From contig CAVSHR010000012.1 of NCBI GenBank assembly GCA_963727625.1, forward strand, positions 1 through 64,000: a stretch of 64,000 nucleotides of DNA. Direction: 5' to 3'. The translations under genes were made by a program, and so were the position numbers. The stretch comes from an uncultured delta proteobacterium (GTDB lineage Bacteria; Desulfobacterota; Binatia; UBA9968). Below, in pieces: positions 53,675 through 63,215 of the stretch. The notes beneath the pieces are model-generated. The model had not been told where the DNA came from and did not search any database. It was given only the letters and a program-made list of their open reading frames with translations. Every line of letters begins with the position of its first letter. Within the stretch, counting starts at the first letter, position 1.

Positions 53675-54322
53675 ATGATTCCTATGGACCCGTGTTGTGA
53701 AGCCAAAGAAGAAGAACCGAGAGTCCTGCGCGGCAAGCAGAAAACCGTTCTCACGCTCGTTTTGATTATCAATGCGGTTCTCTTCGTTATCGAGGCGGGT
53801 GCCGGATTCATGGCACATTCGACGGCGCTGCTCGCCGACTCAGTTGATATGTTCGGCGATTCACTGGTGTACGGCTTTAGCCTTTAGTTTCTTTGGCGCA
53901 GCGCGGCATGGAAAGCGACGGTTGCCATGGTGAAAGGAACCGTCATGGCCGTGTTCGGCGTCGGGGTGCTGGCGCAGGGCATTTACAAGCTCATGACGAG
54001 CAGTTTGCCTAGCGCCGAAACCATGGGTTTCGTAGGGATTTTGGTTCTCGTCGGCAATGCGGTTTGTTTTCTCGTGCTCGTTCGCCATCGCTCCGACGAC
54101 CTCAACATGCGTTCCACGTGGCTATGCTCGCGGAACGACATCGTCGCTAATCTGGCGGTGTTGGCGGCGGCGATCGGCGTAAAGGTGTTTGACGCGAGCT
54201 GGCCGGATATCCTGGTCGGAGGCGCCATCTCCGGATTGTTTCTAAAGGGAGCCTTCACGGTCATTCACGAATCGTATTTGGAGCTGCGGGTCTTGAGATC
54301 CCAATCGTTAACCGCCGCGTAG
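53675..54322 (+). pseudogene. CDF-family heavy-metal cation transporter, frameshifted at ~53885
   Basis: DPCC...VL.INAVLF.IE..AG..AHSTALLADSVDM.GDS.VY and DDLNMRSTWLCSRND. Confidence 0.82.
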
Positions 54323-54344
54323 TGATGATAACGGAGAGTATCGA

Positions 54345-54797
54345 ATGGATAGACGGAATTTTCTCATCAAAGGACTGCTTGCGGCGGGTACTGCCACGTT
54401 GACCGGCTGGCGAGGATCTGAGGCGGCGGAACACCGCTATCGATTGGCGCCAGAACGTGTGTTGCCGATGGATATTGCGAAGGCTCCCGCCGAGGTGCGC
54501 GAGGCCTACCGATTCGCGATCGTCAATCGTGACTCCCTCCGGTACATCCCGTGTTACTGTGGCTGCGGCGCCGACGGGCATACAAGCAATGCCTCCTGCT
54601 ATCTCAAGGATAGCTCGACTACTTCGCAGCCGATCTTTGATCGAATGAGCCTCGGCTGAGGCATCTGCATCGGCATCACGCGTGACCTGATAAAGATGAT
54701 GGATCAAGGCAAAGATCTCAGAGCAATGCGCGCGCAGATCGATAGGACTTACAGTAAATACGGGCCACCCACGCCGACGCCTCCGGTGCCGCGTTAG
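54345..54797 (+). CDS. Tat-signal PCYCGC-motif protein with putative selenocysteine (150 aa, UxxC)
   Basis: MDRRNFL (Tat), YIPCYCGCG..GH.SN..CY, FDRMSLG-TGA(54657-54659)-GICIGITRD...IDRTYSKYGPPTPTPPVPR*. The reading continues 45 codons into a family-typical C-terminus. Confidence 0.8.
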
Positions 54798-54821
54798 CTG
54801 TAGTTGCCAACGTGTGTGAAG

Positions 54822-55061
54822 TCACGGCTGGACTATTTTGTTTTCCACCGCACAGTTTCGTTCTAGCCACTCGCCATAAATGATTAATCCTAAGAAAATC
54901 ACCATTGCCGCCAACAGCGCGTAGTCGAGATAACCTGTCGCACCCGCTAGGCCGAGAGCGCCAAACAGAACGATCAGGACTGGAGTCACGCAACAGATGA
55001 CCGCAATGATGCCGCCGATCACCCCCGTCGTGATCAATCGGTTTCCGCGGTTTGACGGCAT
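54822..55061 (-). CDS. merF: MerF-like mercury transport protein
   Basis: LITTGVIGGIIAVICCVTPVLIVLFGALGL.G.TGYLDYALL. Confidence 0.82.
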   Translation of the reverse strand: MPSNRGNRLITTGVIGGIIAVICCVTPVLIVLFGALGLAGATGYLDYALLAAMVIFLGLIIYGEWLERNCAVENKIVQP

Positions 55062-55274
55062 TATTCTCTCCTCAACGAGTTTGCTTCTTGCACCTGCGGG
55101 CAAGGAACATCGCCGTACGAACAGAAAATACGAGCAAGTCCCCTCCTTGGCTTTGAGCAAGTTTCCGCAGCCCGCGCATTCATGAAAAAAAAGACGATAG
55201 TCGGTGGGCATCGATAGTCGTTCGACATGACCGCAGGCCGGGCGCGTAGCCCGTGATTCTGCGATAGTTTCCAT
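55061..55274 (-). pseudogene. GDCCVxC-family Cys-rich metal-binding protein, degraded
   Basis: ES..T.PACGH....MPTD...FFHECAGCG.LLK.KEG.C / IFCSYGDVPCP.VQ across a frameshift; several Cys substituted. Confidence 0.72.
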
Positions 55275-55401
55275 CTCTGATTCTTTCTGCTCCCGATGCC
55301 CGTGCATTGTTGGCGGCGGCAGTTTCGCCCGCGCGCGGCCATGAGCGGCACTAGGCTCTTGGACGGTCGAGCGAGAGAGCCTAGCCCCCCCAACGTCGAG
55401 A

Positions 55402-55587
55402 TTAGGTGTCGTTCAATTCGCCGGACCGCACGCGAGCGACCGGATCAATTCCATTCGGCGTGCGTGTGCTCCCGCGGGTCTTCTCCGCCTCGCCGATGGT
55501 GACGGCTTCGTCCGTGATCTCCACAGCCCGGCAACCGCCGCAAGCGGGACAGAGAGTTACTTGATTGCTCTGTCCATCTTGCTTCAT
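55402..55587 (-). pseudogene. Small CPxCxxC protein, frameshifted
   Basis: MKQDGQSNQVTLCPACGGCRAVEITDEAVTIGE ... HAEWN ... VARVRSGEL. Confidence 0.5.
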
Positions 55588-55811
55588 CTCGTCCCAGGTT
55601 GAAGTACAATTTAAGCTCAAGGGACGTCGGGAATACCAAGCCGTTGCGGGAAGCCCCGCGGCAACAATCACATGCTTTGCTCGAAAATTTAATCAACCAA
55701 CCACAAAGAATCAACGATAGCCTCTTTTTTCATTCCGATCTCCCTCTCCTTTCGATTCTTCACGACACTGTTTCATTCGCCACCAGCCATAAACGCCCAC
55801 GAGCAAACAAA

Positions 55812-56009
55812 TCAACGCCAAAGGTAAAAACACTCAATAGAGGTAAGGTATTTTGGTAAGGTATCAAGGTCAAGGTATAATAGACGCGAGGCCAAGAATG
55901 CCGGCCCTACGACGAGTATCGGCGTGAAGCAGCATACGGCCGCTATGATCGCTCCCCATAGGCCTCCCTTGTAGCATCTGGCGGCGTTCTGCAATGAGTT
56001 ATTTGCCAT
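55812..56009 (-). pseudogene. Second MerF-like gene, degraded
   Basis: GLWGAIIAAVCCFTPILVV, then frameshift. Confidence 0.65.
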
Positions 56010-56039
56010 GGCCGTTTTCTTCCATGTTCCGGTTCGCGT

Positions 56040-56352
56040 TTGGTTATCGCGCGTGCCTGAAATCCTGCCTCGACAACAGCGTGAATCATCTTTAGACGGT
56101 CACTTGGCTGGGATCGTCAAGTGACAACGGCTTGCTTTTCAGTAAAACTCACTTCTGCCTTTCTTGACTCCCTTGAGCCCCTCCAGGGCCACCCGTACGG
56201 TTACGGGGCAGGCCCCTCAGGTCATTCCCTCGACCCTGAGAATTGCAGTGGTAGGCGTTTCAGATTATCACCAGCGTAAATTGGGAGCACATTACGCGGT
56301 GATTAGCGGGGCGCACAACAGCGCTCTCGAAGGCTACGCGTTTATTTTTCAT
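56040..56352 (-). pseudogene. MerP/HMA-domain protein with putative Sec (GMT-U-GAC), frameshifted
   Basis: Hand translation TAILRVEGMT-TGA(56219-56217)-GACPVTVRVALEGLKGVK/KAEVSFTEKQAVVT/DPSQVT/KMIHAVVEAGFQA. Absent from the ORF track. Confidence 0.78.
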
Positions 56353-56724
56353 ACGAATCCTCCGATGGGTTACATTGAGCTGCTGCAAAACTTCCGACGT
56401 GGAAAATTGGAAACGCGTCGAGAATGATAGCGACGCTCACGACAATTGTGGCAATTAACAAAAGAGCGAGATTGGTTTTGCGGCCCACGAACTTGCAGCC
56501 GAGACTGTTACACCACCATTTCTCGCAAAAATAGAGCAGGTAACCCATGGCAACCCCGAGGACTCCCGTCGGTAGAAAATCCCCGGATACTGCATGGTCA
56601 CCATCATGAAAGCTCCGCTTCCCAAGCCTAGAGCGACAATCGCCAGCGGCAAAAGACAGCAGAGCGAGGCGACAATCGCCGCCGAGAAACTAACGAGGCC
56701 GGCTTTAAGACTGTTAAAAATCAT
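56349..56724 (-). pseudogene. MerT-like membrane transporter, frameshifted
   Basis: AAIVASLCCLLPLAIVALGLGSG ... GYLLYF.EK..CNSLGC...LALLLIATIVV. Confidence 0.72.
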
Positions 56725-56828
56725 CACTCGCAATAGGGCTCATGCCAACGTCTGTTCCGGAACCGATGATTTTCGTATCCGCACCGGCGATCACGCGGAC
56801 CCGCCTGCCTTCACCTCGTTTCAACTCC

Positions 56829-56860
56829 ATGCTACAGGTTAAAGTAGAGTTTAAGGTCAA
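56829..56860 (-). promoter_or_regulatory. MerR-family promoter/operator
   Basis: TTGACC-N20-TAGCAT with the dyad TTAAA-N6-TTTAA in the spacer, upstream of merT and divergent from merR. Confidence 0.75.
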
Positions 56861-56874
56861 GGGGGTAACGGTCG

Positions 56875-57261
56875 ATGATGCCTTCGGTGAGGTTGCCCGA
56901 TCAGTCGGCGTGCGCACATGGCGATCCGCTACTACGAGACGCAAGGAATTATTCACCCGCGCTGCGCTGTGTAAACGGCTATCGGTTCTATCGCGATGAT
57001 GCCGTCAATCTACTGGCGTTCGTCAAACGCGCTCAGTCATTGGGACTGACGCTGAAAGAAATCAAATCATTATTGAGATTGAACTGTAACGACCGGGGAC
57101 GCTGTAACCAGGCGAAACGGTTGGCACGGGAATACATACAAGAGATCGATCGAACGATCGGAGAATTGCAGCGGCTTCGCAGCGAGCTTCAGGGATTATC
57201 GAAACGCAAAGTGCGCCGGCCTGCTAAGAACGAAATTTGTCCGATCATCGAAGCGGCATGA
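56875..57261 (+). pseudogene. MerR-family heavy-metal regulator, N-terminus frameshifted
   Basis: GEVARSVGV / AIRYYE / NGYRFY...L.FVKRAQSLGLTLKEIK.LL...C...ICPII. Confidence 0.82.
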
Positions 57262-57316
57262 ATTCGTGATCGCGACGAGTTGCCGCTGGTAGCGATCAAC
57301 GACCCCGTGCGACGAC

Positions 57317-57706
57317 TTATTGCCCGACGAACAACCGCCATGCGATCCAGCCCAGCCAACTAATGGCCGTGATCCAGATGAGCACAATTACGATTATCAC
57401 CTTATAGTTGCGCGGCAACTTGGCGGAGACGGTCGCACGTGATCGCGCCTTACACTCTTGCCAGACATGATCTGGAATCATTTTTATTGCCACGGCGATC
57501 CCTAAGGGCACGAGTATAAGATCATCGAGGTAACCCAGTACCGGAATGAAATCCGGGATCAGATCCACCGGGCTCAACGCGTAAACCACGACCACGCCGA
57601 TGATGACCTTCGCCAGCCATGGAGCCCTTGGGTCGCGCGAGGCAAGGTAAAGAGCATAAACGTCTTGCTTGAGCTCTTTGGCGCGGGCTTTCCATCGTTT
57701 CCACAT
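57317..57706 (-). CDS. YkvA/DUF1232 family membrane protein
   Basis: LYLASRDPRAPWLAK...YALSPVDLIPDFIPVLGYLDD. Confidence 0.92.
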   Translation of the reverse strand: MWKRWKARAKELKQDVYALYLASRDPRAPWLAKVIIGVVVVYALSPVDLIPDFIPVLGYLDDLILVPLGIAVAIKMIPDHVWQECKARSRATVSAKLPRNYKVIIVIVLIWITAISWLGWIAWRLFVGQ

Positions 57707-57707
57707 G

Positions 57708-58410
57708 TTATCGTCGGCCGTCCTCATGGGGCGGCAGCACTAATCGGTAACCGATACCGGTTTCGGTCCTAATCAATTTCATTGGAGCACGCGCTACCTC
57801 GATTTTCTTGCGTAAGTGGGTCATATACACCCGCAAATACTGAGATTGCTCTTCGGCATTGGGTCCCCAGACTTCACGAAGTAAATGCTTATGAGTTATG
57901 ACCTTGCCTGCGTGTTGCGCCAACACTCTTAAGAGGGCGTATTCCGTCGCAGTGAGCCTAACCTCCTTATCGCTGACAGTGACCGTGCGGCTTGTGAAAT
58001 TGATTGCCAAATGGCCCGCCTGAAATAGCGGCTCCTCCAACCGACCATCGCGCGACGTTGAATCGCCCGCAGTCGAGCCAGCAGTTCGCGCGATTGAAAA
58101 GGTTTCGTGACGTAGTCGTCAGCTCCGTTGTCGAGTGCCGCGACCTTGTCGTCAGCCCCTCCCTGACCGAGAGAACCAAGACGGGCACTCTGCTCCATTC
58201 CCGCAGGCGCTTTAAGACCTCGGTGCCGTCCAGGTCCGGCAATGCCAAGTCGAGCAGGACCACGTCCGGCCTTCGGCTGGCGATATCGAGCAAACCCTGA
58301 CGTGCATTTTCTGACTCGAAAACCTGATATTCACTCTCCAAGACAACGCGAAGCAATCTGCGAATTTGTCGCTCGTCATCGATGACGAGCGCTGTGGGCA
58401 GGTCAGTCAA
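57708..58410 (-). pseudogene. KdpE-like OmpR-family response regulator, frameshifted
   Basis: [75 protein letters not shown]. Confidence 0.85.
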
Positions 58411-59932
58411 GCCGGCTCCTCCAAAAGTTCGCCGTGAAAGGTTTCCACTGGAATCATGGTGATGAATTTCGCACCGCACGGGTCCCGATTCATGGCTGGG
58501 ATGCTCCCGCCATGAGCACGCACAAAGCCTTCAACGATGGCCAAGCCCAGCCCTGCGCCTCCCGAAGGGGCATCTTTCCCGCGATAGAATGCTTCGAACA
58601 TTCTCTCGATCTCGGATTCGCACATTCCTTTCCTTGATCTTCTACCGATAATTCCAGGCAATTGTTATCGACTTGCGCCGAGATGACGATCTCGCTTCCT
58701 AACGGGCTTGAAAACGCGGCGTTTATCAGCAGATTGCAGAGAGCTTGTTCTAAAAGCGCCTGATCGATTTTCACCATCGGCAAATTTTCTTCGAAATCAG
58801 CGACGACACGATGCTCTCTCAAGCTGTCCTCGGCCAACGCGATCGCCGCCTCGACAAGTTCGCCCACGTCGCACCAGTCGAGCCTGGGCTTGACCGTCCC
58901 CGATTCATCTGGCTCATGTTGAGAAGATTGTCGATGACGCGCTGCAAGCGCCCTAATGCCGATTGAACTTCCTCCACGGTCAATTGGATTTTGTTGTCCG
59001 CCAATCGGCCGCCCGCGAGCGCATCAAACCGGTCCGAATGGCCGCGAGAGGAGTTTTCAATTCATGCGAAACGCTCTGCAAAATCACCCGGTGGAGCTGT
59101 GCCGATGCTTCGAGAATCTCCGCGTGCTTGAGCGCGGCGAGCAGGTGATCGCGCTCAAGAATGCTTCCGATCAGCACCGCCAAGGTCTGCAATAGCTCTT
59201 TCGCCGCACGATCCAAACTTTTGTTCGCCGAAGGCTTCAGAACGAGCACTCCCATAATCGCCGTGCGCGCCTGCAGGGGACAATACAAGGCGCCGTCGCC
59301 AGGCATCGTCGGGAGATTATTTTCGGTCGGCCGGGACTCGCCGAATAGCCGCTGTGCCGCCCTCAGCGCCTTTTCGTCGACTGCAAGGAACCGGCCTCGT
59401 GCGGTTCGGAAGACAGTGTGTGATCGTTCAGACGAAGCAATAGTGCCACACGGCTGGCGAAAAGCGTTTCAATCAACGTGACAGCAGCGCGGAGACCGCT
59501 ATCGCGATCCAGCGCGAGGCCAGCCTGCCAAACCAATTCGTATAAAACGCGTGTCCGGTGTTCTTTCTGGAGATCCAGAATCTGATTGGCCCGCAATCGA
59601 CTGGTCAAATGCCCATCGCAAGCGCTACCACAAAGAACATCGCAAAGTGCATCACATCTTCGACCGTGGCGATGTAGAAGAAAGCGCGGCGGTATAAACA
59701 AGAAATTCCACAGCAACGCGCAGGCGGCGCCGATGAACAGAACGGTCCAGCGGGAGAAGTTCAGGCCGGCGAAGACGACCAGCAGGAGATAGAGAAGCGC
59801 GACGGTGACATAGCCGGTCACGGAAACGATCGCCAACGCGATGGCTGTCGTCACGGCAAGAGAAATCGACGCAAGGGCGACCTCGCGAAGATGGCCGGTT
59901 GGAAAACCTGGTTTGAGGAGCAATGCGCTCAT
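58407..59932 (-). pseudogene. KdpD-like sensor kinase (DUF4118 TM-GAF-HisKA-HATPase, no N-terminal KdpD domain), many frameshifts
   Basis: LLWNFLFIPP, SVSHELKTPLAAI, NLLNMS, LLEQALCNLL.NA, FYRG...GGAGLGLAIV.GFV.AHGG. Confidence 0.82.
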
Positions 59933-60021
59933 GGCCTCCGCTCGGTTTGGACGACAACTGAGCCTTATGAGTCTACCGTTTAGGAGATGCGATGTTAATC
60001 GCGATCAAGACTGCCACTCCG

Positions 60022-60043
60022 ATTTTAGCGTTATTTTAATGTT
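60022..60043. promoter_or_regulatory. 11-bp direct repeat, candidate KdpE/OmpR-type binding site
   Basis: ATTTTAGCGTT-ATTTTAATGTT in the divergent intergenic region. Confidence 0.55.
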
Positions 60044-60099
60044 TAGGGACCGGCTTTTAATTGGTCTGCATCCATCGTTCCCGGCTAATCTAGAGATCT

Positions 60100-60615
60100 A
60101 TGCTGGGAGTCGGTCCGCTTGCGCAGCCCGTTGGTTCGCACACCGTGCGCCGAATCGCGCATCCGACGTGCCTTACCGACGCTTCGGATAACGCCCTCGA
60201 ATGGGCGGAGCATCTCGCCCAGACTAGCCATGCCGAGTTGCTTTTGTTGCACGTCGCCCCTCCTCCCACACCCATCTTCGAAGCGGAATCCCCGGAAAAA
60301 CGGCGCGCGGAACTGCAGCTGTCGCTGCTACTCGCTCAAGCCAAATTGAAGGGTCTTCGTGCCAGGGGGTTCATCCTCTGCGGATCCGGGTCGATCGGCC
60401 GCCAAATCGAGAACGCTGCGCGACTTGAGCGGGTGGACATGATTGTCATGGGAACGAATGGACGAACCGGATTGTCCAGGCTGCTCGTCGGAAGCGTTGC
60501 CTCCCGGGTGGTTTCACGAGCGCGGTGTCCCGTCCTGATTATTCCGAGCCGATTGGCCGCACCACCGACGCTTACCGTCTTAGACGCAATCTCCGATACG
60601 CATGGAGGTCGATGA
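60100..60615 (+). CDS. Universal stress protein
   Basis: ELLLLHV, DMIVMGTNGRTGLSRLLVGSVASRVVSRARCPVLII. Confidence 0.88.
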   Translation: MLGVGPLAQPVGSHTVRRIAHPTCLTDASDNALEWAEHLAQTSHAELLLLHVAPPPTPIFEAESPEKRRAELQLSLLLAQAKLKGLRARGFILCGSGSIGRQIENAARLERVDMIVMGTNGRTGLSRLLVGSVASRVVSRARCPVLIIPSRLAAPPTLTVLDAISDTHGGR

Positions 60616-60618
60616 CGC

Positions 60619-62474
60619 GTGGAAACATCGCATTCGACGCGGCCCCGGAACGTGGACTGGAAACGAGCGGCTGCCCTTCTTTACGGAGATTGGGGAACGA
60701 GCAAGGCCTATGTTCCCGGTCTGGCTTTCTCCTTGGCGCTCTATGGCTCTTTTTGGTTTGTGCTTGCCGTCAGCGCATTGACTGCTTTGGTCGGCATCAA
60801 CTATATCTGGATTTGCAAATATTTTCCCGAAGGCGGCGGCGTCTACTCATCCGCCAAGGCCCACTCGCGCAATCTCGCCCTCCTCGGCGGATTTCTGCTC
60901 GTGGCCGATTACATCGTTACGGCGTCGCTCAGTTGCTATGATGCGTTCCTCTACTTGGGTTTTAGCTTCGAAGACGCCAAACGCTGGTCGATTCTTGCCA
61001 TATTTATCATTGGAACCATTAACTTCTTCGGGCCGAGGCAATCCGGCGGCATAGCGGTAGTCCTGGGAATCGTAACGGTCGCGGTTCTAGGATTACTCGC
61101 ATTGGCGAGCATCCCCCACATTCCAACGGCCATCGCTCATCTGGAAGCGCCCCATCGCGATCCGATTCACTGGTGGACTTCCTTCGTCGGCGTCATTCTC
61201 GCGCTTTCTGGAGTCGAGGCCATTGCCAATACCACGGGACTGATGCAACTCGACCCAGGCTCGACTCCTGCCAAGCCAAAAGTCGCCATCACCTCGCGCA
61301 AAGCGATCATCCCCGTGATGTTCGAGGTCTGTTTGTTTACAGCCCTTTTCGGCCTGGTCATGAACGCGATTCCCGCCATGCAGGCCAACGACCACGTGGG
61401 AGACATGCTTCGTTTCCTGGGACAGAAATTTGTCGACGAGCCCCTGCAAAACTTCCCCGGCCTGGCTTGGATCGGGACAGCCAGACTTTTCTCTTCCATC
61501 GTAGGCCTCGTCATCGCCCTGCTCTTGCTGAGCGCGGTCAATACGGCGATCGTCGATCTCGTCAGCGTGCTCTATCTCATGTCAAAAGACGGAGAAATGC
61601 CTCAGCCTTTTTCCGTTTTGAATAAATTTGGAGTGCCCTGGATACTGCTGTTGATCGCCATGTTGGCGCCCATCCTGGTAATCGATATCCAGAGCGGCGA
61701 GAATGCTTTACACGGGCTAGCGGAAATGTATGCGATCGGCGTGGTCGGCGCGATCACCGTCAATCTCGGTTCTTCCGCGTTTAACCGGAACCTCCCCATG
61801 CTGGGTCATGAGCGAATAGTGATGAGAGGAAGTTTTTTCATCCTCGCCGCCGTCGAAATCAGCATTGCCGTCACCAAACCTCCCGCTCTGCTTTTTGCCG
61901 CGACCGTGGTCGGCGTGGGGTTTGCCGCGCGGGCGATGCATAAAGGAATCGTCGTTCCGCCTCGGTTCCAGGACTCGATCGAACGCTACCTTCCCAAAAT
62001 TGCGGCGAGTCGTCAGGCGAAAAATATCGCGGAGATGGAGCGAGCCAGGATCATGGCCCAAGTCGGCTCGCAACACCCGGTGAAGGCGGTCATGGTGGCC
62101 GCCCGCGAAATTGTCGGCACTTTGCAGTTTGCCGTAGACGAAGCCCGTCTCCATAACGCGAAATTATATGTGCTCTTTGTCCGTTCCGTTTTCACACGGA
62201 TCCCAGTGGGACATAGGGCCGAGACCGATCCCGAGGCGTTAGCAGTTTTTGGTGCCCTTAGATCAATTGCAGACGGGATCGAATTAATTCCGATCATGCC
62301 GTGAGCGATGATCCCGGATGGACGATCCTCGATCATGCCGCTATGAACGGAGTGGACATGCTGATCCTGGGTCATTCCCGGCGATACGCGGTCACCCGAC
62401 TGCTGCGGGGCAATGTGATTCAGCAGGTGGCGGCCAATCTTCCAGAAGAGATACGGCTTGTGATTGTCGGATAG
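60619..62474 (+). CDS. APC-superfamily transporter with C-terminal USP-like domain (one frameshift at ~62296)
   Basis: Many TM helices, LYGDWGTSKAY, GGGVY, ALSGVEAIAN, MYAIGVVGA; C-terminus continues AVSDDPGWTILDHAA..GVDMLILG.SRR...LLRGNV..QVA..LP*. Confidence 0.85.
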
Positions 62475-62599
62475 CGGCGAGGCATCGAAAAAAAAGAAAT
62501 ACCATTCGGGCATTTTCACGTGCGATCAGAGAACGGTTTCGCGACTGACCGCCGCTGGCCGCTTGCATTGATCCGGTCTATGCCGATCTCCAAAAGCGA

Positions 62600-62979
62600 T
62601 TAACGCGGTCCGTTCTTCAGCGCGTTTATGATCGCAAACGTTTTTACGCTCATCGTCGTCACGCGAATGAGCAGGTCGATGACTTTTTCTTTGTAGTCGG
62701 CGAAGGGCTAGGTGTTGAATTTCTCACGGATGGTCGGGCCCTTGGGTTTCTTTTCTTTGTTGGATCGGTCGAGAAACCATTCGAGCGCCGAGCGGCTGCA
62801 AGCCGGTAATCCTGAGCTTCGCTAGAGATACCAGAGACAAAATTCAGGTCGCGCGAGCACACCCAGCCCTTGAGCAGGTCTTTGAACGCTTCACGGACAA
62901 CGGATTCGCGGCCGGTGGCGGAGACGTTGCGCAGGCCTTGAAGCTGGTTGGGGTACTGTTGAATCAGAACCTGGCTCAT
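62600..62979 (-). pseudogene. Type ISP-like R-M enzyme remnant (N-terminus fused to C-terminus)
   Basis: MSQVLIQQY...RESVVREAFKDLLKGW joined to GI..EA.DYRL..RSALEW.LD..KEKKPK.PTIREKFNT*.FADYKEKVIDLL.RV. Confidence 0.72.
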
Positions 62980-63215
62980 CGAAGAGCGATTATATACTCA
63001 TCTTGCGCGATTTGCCGATTTCTTGGTCGGCTGGTCTCGAGGTATGGCGGGCGCGCCGAGCGCTAAGCCATCTCAGCCAGCAGCCTGCCGTGTTCCGCAG
63101 CGGCTGGCGCACGCGAAGCCGTTTTCCCAGCACTGCGTCACCCCCGCCACGGATTCCTGCCCCCCGCGCATCAAGCAGTGCCAAGTCGCTGCGTTCCCAG
63201 GTATTTCTCGCTCCC

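Noticed and set aside
55061-55274. Sec codon in the GDCCVxC-like remnant
   Set aside because: No in-frame TGA at Cys positions; only substitutions and a frameshift.
54822-55307. Single 161-aa zinc finger-MerF fusion in the ORF track
   Set aside because: Produced by the frameshift in the upstream GDCCVxC-like gene; merF has its own GGAG RBS and ATG at 55061.
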